Positions 55,435 through 64,000 of a DNA stretch of 64,000 bases are shown here, piece by piece. The DNA is taken from contig JBLDXI010000058.1 in the NCBI GenBank assembly GCA_047495785.1, positions 310,001 through 374,000 of the forward strand, written 5' to 3'. Below the pieces are notes generated by a model. It was not told where the DNA came from and searched no databases. It was given only the letters and a program-made list of their open reading frames with translations. This stretch comes from Lepidodermella squamata (taxonomy: Eukaryota > Animalia > Gastrotricha). Made by a program: the position numbers and the translations under genes. The stretch's first letter is position 1. The number at the start of each line of letters is the position of its first letter.

Positions 55435-58400
55435 TCAGGAGCATTCAGAACCGAGCACATGGCTCACGAAGTTGTAAGCAAACGAGTATTGTTCTTGGTT
55501 CGGAATAAATTCTGGCCGAATATTGCGAATCATCCGCACGGTGTTGAATACGTCAACCTCGCCATCGCAGTCGACCTGTTCCTTCAGCAGGATTGTCAGA
55601 AGCGTCAGCCCGGTTCTCGTCGAAGCATCTCTATTCAACAAAATTTGCAAAAATTATGAAAAATCAGACAATTTTTAAATTTCAAAAATTATGAAAAAAT
55701 TACATTTTAATTTTAATTTGATTTCAATCTCAATTTTTTCTTATTTGAAATTGAAATAAAAATCAATTATTAATTTTCAATATTTGAAATTTTTTCCAAT
55801 TTTTTGAATTTCATTTGAATTTGAAAAATAATTAATCAAATTATTTCAACTCACAAGCAGTGAACGATAACTGGTCTGCCATGAGCCGATCGCCGTGTCT
55901 CATCGATACCGATGATAAACTCGGCGAACTGTTCGACCGAGGCCGGGACTCCCTTCACATTAGGCAGCCAGGCGCCAGTGTAGCCAAAGTGCCGCACCTC
56001 ACGATTTGCATCCGTTTTCTTCTGGGTATTATTCACACTTAGCACATCGACGACGTAAGGCCGAGAAGATTCCTCATTACTGCGGCTGCTAACCGCCGTT
56101 CTTCTCAGCGATTTTATCCGAAAAGCGCCGTGGTAGATCGACTCTGTCTCCTCGCTAGGCCCGATTGGGCAGTAGGTAGGGTCGAGGCACGGCTGCGGGT
56201 CCAGGCTAACAACAGCCGCGGCGTTGTAGTCCCAAACAACGGACCAAAAATCTGAAACTGTATGCGGCATCGGAGATTGAGCCGCGATTAACGACCTCGG
56301 TTTTTGATAGCCATCTAGCCAAATCGCTGAGATATAGTCCTGCTTATCATCGCTAGGCGTCAGCAATTGAACGCGGCAAAACGCGGGCGGTAGAATTCGT
56401 TGAACCCGGTTTTTGCCCGCGTTCTTCAAATCCATCGCCAGGTCGAATTCATTACGATTTATCGCCGGCTTCGTGCGTTCTAACACGTCGAATTCGCGCT
56501 GAAGCCGCTCGTTAGACACAGGGCCAACCATCGACAACGGGATGGCGGTTGATTTTACTAAATAGCTTGATAGCGCTTCGTAGACTAGGTCGTAAACGAA
56601 CATGTACTGTTCCAGGTTTTGCACCATTTTGTGCCGTTGTTCACGTAGCGTGTTAATAGTCGCTCTTATGTCGACTTCAACGTCGTGAGGCGAGTGCTTG
56701 GCTAGGGACATTTCAGCGCGTTTGATGGCGATATCAGCCGCTAACAGCGTACCGGTCCGGCCTATACCGGCGCTGCAGTGGACAAGGACTAGAGAACCGC
56801 CGTTCAAAAACTTGCCGCCATCTGCCGCGGTATCGCAATTCTGCGGCCTGCTGCTGAATGGCTGGATTTTGTTGATTTTTCGAAGGAATGTTAACACAGG
56901 CGTTGCGAAGCGCACGACGCGGTGATCTGGCCAGTTGGTGAACTGGAACTGGGTGACTACACGCGAGCATGTCTCGGTGCGTTCGCTAAGCGGGCGAACT
57001 CGAACTCGCAGGGTTCGCTTCACGTAGAAGGCGAAATTTTGCTCGCTGATTGTTTCGACGCTGATACCGTCGAAGACTGCTGATTCTTGCAGTTCTGGCC
57101 AATACTTGTAGCATTTCACTTTGCCTTTTTCGTGAGTCTAAAATGGAAAGAAAAGCCATATTACAAATAAGGTAATTGTATTGAAATCCCCTCATTTTTA
57201 CTTGTATAAGAGGCATTTTTTCCAAGGTCCTAACAATTCAGCCGCACTATACTTTGATTATTTTTTGGAACCATTTTCTAGTTGTAAATGTAAGTTTAGA
57301 AGTGAAAAGTGGGGTTGGACGAATTTTGCAGTAAAATCAAAATTCTTAGATCTAAACAAAATTTGCTAGTAAAATTCCAAATGTTCACATTTTTGGACCA
57401 TTGAATTCCTTATCAATTCAAATAAACGATGACAGATTCGACAAAAAAACAAAAATTAACATTTTTTAGCGCTCATTTTTCGCTGGAAATTTGAAGCTCC
57501 TGTCCTAAGCAACCCTTAGCCTCAATTTTTATATCGTTCGACACCTCGTTCATTGATGTTGAAGTGGCATTAAATCCTAACGATGTCATAAATCTCGCTA
57601 CACCCTACTTTTCAATTTTCAAAGGTCAGTTTCGAAATCTGAATTTTTTTCGATTTCTGAGCAAAATATTACCGGAATATTTTAGTATATCAAACAAATG
57701 AACACGAATTCCGAAGTACCGTAATGATGCAAATCGGACCTTATTGCATTCGGCCGAAAAATCAATTTAAATGTAAAGTTACCCAGTAAAAATCGAACGT
57801 AAAAATATATTTTACTCTACCTGAAAATTCACGTGAGTTGAATAGTTTGACTCTCAAGTACTTCCTAACAATTATTTTCTGAGAATTTATTGAGATGAAT
57901 CACACGAAAATCCTATTGCCACACGTCACTAAGTACCGATGAGTCAAAGCTTCAAGTCAAAGCAGGCCATAAAAATGTAGGTCACCTACAATATAGCCAA
58001 TTAAAGTTGGACAAGAAAAAGGTCAATAGTTTGAAAGGTATCAGGAAATAATTCCCACTAACTAAATCGGTTGATTTTCTGACCTTGTTGGTTGAAATAA
58101 ATTATTAAATTGAAAAATAAGAATTTTAGCAAAAATAGAAATAATATATATTTTCGATTCGTTTCAAGGCCATCTAAAAACTTGAAACCCCAACAAATTC
58201 TCTAGGCATTTTTATGTGAAAACATATTTTTTCTTCAAAAAAACTAACATTAGTAAGCATGACGACTCGGCTGACATTGAGCTGCCAAATCATTTTCCAG
58301 AACTCGCCAACAGTCGACCCACTGGGGCCCTGGGACGCAACGTACTCGCGCTCGCCACTCGCGCCCTTGATGTAACTCGCATTGACGTAAATCGGCTCTT

Positions 58401-61400
58401 TCGCGTTCATCTCATCGTCCAACAGCACGCAATTGAAATCGTAAGGAAACACATCCTTGTAGCGATTTCTCGCCGCGTTCAACTTCGACTTGCCAATGTC
58501 TTGAGTTTTGTCCAGTTTCCGCAACAACGACGCGAATTCCTTACGAAACAACGCGTTATCATCCGCCTTTCGGTCAACAATCGCCTGTTTCAGCCGATCG
58601 ACACGGACCGCGGTACAGGCAGAAGTTCCATTAATAGCACTACCAGCTGATTGTAATGCCGGGCTAGGCCAGGCGTTGGGGTTTGAAATATTCGCAATCT
58701 GACTTGACTGCAACGTCTCGCAAATCGAACCGGCCTTACTGCGTAAAGTTCCGTCCCTCGGCTGCTGCTCCAGGTCGAATTGCCCGGTTGTAGACGTTGG
58801 CGTCGAGTCAGTGGGCGGGGTGTTGAAACCAGCCAGGCCGATGCCCTGGTTCGGGACTTGAGTTTGACTGCTGCAAAACGCGGCTACGTCAGGCAATAGG
58901 CGGCCGTTAATTGAAACGGTGCCGTTGTGATTCGAGGTGAAGTGGGATTGGGTCGACTGATGCAGGGAGTTTTGTTTGATGAAGTAATCTTGGGGACCCA
59001 GGGCGGCAACGTGATCGGAAGCTCCGCTCGATGGCGAGATGTTAAACCGGCTGACTTTGTTGCGAGAAAATAGCTTCTTTTTCCTGAAAAAATTAGAACA
59101 TGAGCACATTATTTTGATCGTAAAAATATGAGAAAAAAATAAATTCCACCTTAACCATTCTAAATGACAATTTTTCCTGCTCATAATTCTTTCTTGGAAT
59201 TTTATTCCCCGTAAACCGACGAGAATTTTTTCAAACAAAATGTCTTTCAGCGGAACCAAGTTACAAAACTTGGCACCAAACGCAAACTAATAAAAAAGGC
59301 CATTTCCGAATAATTTTTATAGATCGCGTGGTCTGAAAATCGCGGAGAATTTCAATGGTGAGAAGGATTTTTGACGCATGAACGTTTCAGAAAATTCAGA
59401 AAAGGCAATTTTGGGCGAATAAATTATTTTAAATTTAAATTCCGCTCCCGGTCAAATTCGGTTCCACAACAGGCAATTTTTTTCCGGTTGCGATGTTCAT
59501 TAGGGAAGAAATTAAAAACAAAGAAAATTCGAAATTTTCAGAGATTTTCAGCAGCAACTATTGCGGAGAAATTGAATGAAAATTGATAAAATAGTTTTTA
59601 TCCGTTTTTTTTTGCAAAATTGCGAAGGAATGATCTCAAGAAACTGGACACTATAGGAACCCTAATACTGAATTTTTCAACTTTTTTAAAAAGCGTTGTA
59701 TTTTTCTGTCCTTGCAATTTGATAAGATTTAACTCACTTCATGAGTAAAATGCAGAGAACAGCCAATGCGCTCGCCACGCAACCGCAGCCAACAACAATG
59801 CCAATAATCATTGTCTGAGTCGGGGTGACCTTCCCATCGCCAGCCTTCGCATTCGCCTCACTGACCATATTCGCACTCGTGGTTGTTGCCGTCATTGGAG
59901 GTGTCGAAGTCGGCTGCGATTTTGACGAAGTCGACGAGGAAGATCTCGCTGGTGTCGGGTGGGTCTCAATCACCTTATCCGTCCAAGATGGAGATGTCGC
60001 CGACGAAAATTCGGGGGTTATAATCAAAGGTGACGACGTCACTTGTTGAGTTGAGGAAGACCTAGCAATGACTGGCGTAGGACGGCCTGTGCTCTGGGGC
60101 GGCCCGATTACGTAGACCTCAGCCGGTTCTGACCAGTCACTAGTCAGACCCCTTGTATTTATAACCCGGGCTTTCACTAGGGCCAGCTTCGAATTTGTCA
60201 TCCAAGACGATAAATCATTAACGCCGAAATCGTAAGTTCGAGCTAGGACATTAGTGATATTTAGGACCATTTGAACTTGAAGGTTAGAAACAACAAGCTG
60301 AGTAAGAGCTAATGGGCAGTTTGAGTCGATTTCCAACTCCCATTGAATTGTGATCGACATTTTCGATTGGCGAATAACCGTCATATTGAAAGGCGCGGAG
60401 GGTACTGAAAATTAAATAAAAAAATTGTTAAAAAAATTAAATTAATAAAATTATCAAAATTATTAAAAAATTATTGAAATTAATACAAATTTTAATTTTT
60501 GAAATTTTTGAAATTATTGAAAAATTGAAAAATTACCGTTGCAAGTCGTTGTAACAGTCAAAGTTTCTGAGCGGTACATTTCCTCCACCTGCGGGCCTTC
60601 ACTCATAGCCATAACAGCGAAGTATTGCTGGTTATTTGGTTTCAAATTCGAAATCACAGTTGAGCATTCCATCTCAGACGCGCCCCTTAGGCACGAAGAA
60701 TTCGTCTCGACCAGCAAAAATTTGATCAAATTTTCGCCATTCACCTGCTCGCTCGACGACGGCATTCGAGCCGAGTAGAGCCAATAAGCCACCTTAAAGC
60801 TGGTCGGGAATTCAGCGGGCGACGGCTCGACGGTCCAGTGAAGCGTGACGGTTGTAGCTGTTGTATCTTTCACGCTGATTTTCAACGGAATCCCCGTCCA
60901 AATTGAGTTGTAAACCGCATCGCCCTCTTCACGCTCGGTATTTTTGTACCAAACAGCTATTGTGTAGTTGGAATCTGCTCGAATGTCGCTGAGCTCAACA
61001 CTCCGCCGCCTGCCAGACATCGAAATTTGCTTATCAGGGATGGCTTGATTCAACTCGTAATAGGATAGTAAGAACTCGCCGGGTTCCGGGCAGTCGGCCG
61101 AGCGGATTGGCGGCTCGAATGAAACTTGAATTTCCGGAACGCCCCGGCGCCATTTTATCACTGACGTCAGCGTAGCGATAGGGCCTGGTTTGCCACACAG
61201 GGTGACTAATGGGTTGATGGACCAACTTATCGTGCCGTTATCGCCGCCTGCCTCGGGCCGAACTGGGATAATTCCGACCAGGTAATGCGACTGGGCGTCT
61301 AAATCGCGTAGTCGGAACTGGCACGAAGTCCGACTGCCGCACGCTCTGTCGTCGATGAGAGCTTGAAATGTTGAATTTATCAATTCCTCGCTGACGTAAC

Positions 61401-62794
61401 TAGGCGGCCGGGTAACTAGAGGCTCCCCGGTATCGAGGGGTAGCACGAAAATTCGGTAGGCGATGACTGGTCCGACGCCGATATCGTCGTTTTGATCCCA
61501 CCGGCTCCAGCGAATTCGGGCTGAATTGTTTGATACATCGTCGAAAATCAGCTTTAACGCTGCGAATCGAGGCAGGGTGAGTGGCCGAATTTCGATGCTT
61601 TGCCGAACTGAGGCGCCGTTCATGTTGGCGGCGAAGCATAGCAAACGGCGGCTGGTGTTTTGAGGGATGCCAGGGACGTTAACCGAGGCTAGATATGCGG
61701 TCGTATTGACTCGGGTGACGTTGATTGGACCCAGCCAGATGGGTGGGTTAATTTCCTAGCAAAATTTAAGTCAAGATTAAAAAATGGATCTGCATGGAAT
61801 TTTCAAATAATTTTCAACTTAAAGATTTCGCGTTTAATTTGAAGTTTTATGGGCAATCATTTTTTCAGAATTTTATACTTTTTAGACCAAATGTCCCAAG
61901 GTGGCTCCGAATTCGAACGCGTCAAATTTCCTCTTTTTATGACGTTTCCTGTTGATATTTTTCGGCCCAGGCGCCAAGATATAAGGAAAGTCAACACTGC
62001 TGCTTGGGAAATATAAATTAAAAAATTAAATCAAGGAAATTAAAAAAAAAATAAAAATTTTATTAAAGAAATTGAAAAAAAATTAAAAAATACTACCAAG
62101 TCCACCCAAAAATAGTTTCCTATCAAGAAAAAACTTACATCACTAAGTTCGATGGAAATCGTTGTAGGTATCGCAGGAGGCAAGCCGTCGACCGTGCAAT
62201 TGGCAGTAGAATTCTGCCCAGGGTTAACGCTATTATACGACATGAGCGTCGTCATAGTTCGTTGCACATCTAAAAAAAAGAACGAGGTCGTAAAAAAAAT
62301 CCACCTCATTCTACAGAATATTTACTTTTCACCAGCATTGTAGCTTCGATTTTTCGACCCACAGGTATAAAATTCGCTGGACATGTCGCGATCGTTTTCA
62401 GCCAGCAACGAGTCACGTTGTCAGCGGTTTGCATGCCACTGTCTAGCAGCAACGGCAAATCTCGCATTCGGACCGCAACCGATTTGCACGCGGGTGCGTT
62501 TGAGCATCTTTTCAGGCAAGCCTCGAGATTCGCAACAGTCAGGCCGTCCTCGGAAACTACGCTCATAAAATTGCCGGGGCAGTTGCCGAGCTGGTTGATG
62601 TAATAATAAGCATCTCCCTTAAAGAGCATCGGAACTTTCCGCTCATTCGGCGGAATCGGCGTCGTAGTCGGCCCGTTTTCGTCAGCTATGACTTCTGCAT
62701 TTTCCGATTCGTAGTAGTCGATGGCATTACCTGCAAGAGCAACACCAGGCAGTAGCATACAAAAAACGAGGCGAAAAATCGTTGAAAAACGCAT
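55435..62794 (-). CDS. Receptor-type protein tyrosine phosphatase: signal peptide, PAN/apple-like domain, FN3 repeats, S/T-rich stalk, TM, tandem D1/D2
   Basis: D1: NRYKDV, QGP, WPDH, VHCSAGIGRTG, QNLEQY. D2: KNR, AQSP, HCL-DASTRTG. FN3 W/Y motifs lie in 60514-61644 and 59734-60384. TM: MIIGIVVGCGCVASALAVLCILL. Confidence 0.9.
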
Positions 62795-64000
62795 CGTTCA
62801 TTTAATCATAATTAAATGGTTTTCTTTTGGTAAAAAACCTCTGCCTATAATAACAAAGTGATCAAGGTTAGATAAACTCATCAGCATCGTCGCGTCCGAA
62901 GCCTGAGGCGTGATATGAACTAGACGACGGGTGATTAAACAGTATAAAACCTAACCCACGACGTGACTCCATGGGTGCCACGGCGCTCTGACCTGTATTA
63001 TTAATATTGTTTTTAGAAATATCTATAAATAACAATAATAGGAACGCGAATATTAATGGCTGTAAAACACTTCCCAGTCTAGGTATCGCAGGACACAAAA
63101 TGATGGTTGGTCTCTGAACAAATGTGAGCCATTGTTGTCGCTCGCGCGCACAACATGCGCACCCTACACGCGACAACAATATTGCCAAAAATATAATGGC
63201 GCGTTTTTAGGCGAGGTGATTTTGCGCCTCTGTATATTACTTATTTAAATATCCCACGTTTTAGGCAACGCAGAGCGCGTAAAGGCTATATACCTGTAGG
63301 CCTATAAATATATCTGGAAACGTGTGTTAAATATATACGATGGAGAGGTGTAAAATAAAATATTACAGACCTTGATAATATATATGTGCGGATCGTTTAC
63401 TTCCGTAGAAGCGGCGTCTCCGAATAACCAACCGCTTGTCTCTACGACTACTACTGTGCGCGAAATACAGAACGACGTGTGCGCATTTAAATGACGCGCA
63501 CACCTTGTGCGCGCGTGTCAAAAATATGCAAATTAAGGTGGGCCGTCGCGCTCGCGCACCACATTTTCCTCAATGAACGAGGCTATAGGTGGCTCTAAGA
63601 GAAAGAATAATATGTTGTATAAAATAGTAGAATTATGATTCACGTCGATAAAATCGCCCGTCATTCAAATCGAGATGACGACCTGGGGTGATATTGTATA
63701 TTCGATATGCTAGCAATATGACAATGAAGCGAGTACACGTTAATGCCGCCGCCTTAACAGACTATATGCGGCTGTAAAAGTGCCCCGCGCAGACTCTATT
63801 AGGCCCCTTATTAGGCGACTTGAGGTCAGTATGCTAATTAATAAATCATGTCGCGAGTGGCTTGGAGGCTGTCGACAATAAGCTTTATTTACAAAATCAG
63901 CTCTGTCTGTGTAAGCCGGACAAGCTTCACGCTGAAAGAATATTCGCCTGGTCAAAAGTGAACAACGAATGGGTTTATTTTCGGGACAATTAAGAGAAGT

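Noticed and set aside
1-64000. Prokaryotic systems (CRISPR, operons, IS elements)
   Set aside because: Spliceosomal introns and metazoan gene families are present throughout, and there is no repeat-spacer array.

Overview
This is eukaryotic DNA from an invertebrate animal, probably a protostome judging by a pickel/megatrachea-like claudin. The genome is compact, with mostly 45-60 nt GT-AG introns and tightly packed genes. Interleaved, locally expanded families dominate: six intronless GABA-B-like class C GPCRs (Venus-flytrap + 7TM, four with essentially no C-tail, one with a 1-bp frameshift) and three intronless MARCH/RING-CH membrane E3 ligases that all lack the canonical E2-contact Trp. There are also two unrecognised families of small secreted 4-Cys proteins. 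Family A has four intronless copies in which a furin site precedes an invariant C-x20-C-x3-stop peptide. Family B has four two-exon copies with a CM-x8-C...F[FY][VL]WA..[ILV]AK.I..G motif. The window further holds two divergent cation-type Cys-loop channel subunits and four CFAP97/hemingway-like genes, three with RFX X-box-like promoter motifs. Single-copy genes: NEK-like kinase-ankyrin fusion, DUF268 methyltransferase-like protein, HSD17B12-like SDR, claudin, divergent globin, SLC35G/EamA transporter and a PAN-FN3 receptor tyrosine phosphatase. Two non-autonomous DNA transposons with TIRs and TSDs are present, one carrying a tRNA-like Pol III promoter. The best candidate for an undescribed system is the co-clustered orphan VFT-GPCR / furin-processed Cys-ring peptide precursor / MARCH ligase module, with family B proteins flanking the orphan Cys-loop channels. 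All family assignments come from motif recognition by eye; no searches were run.
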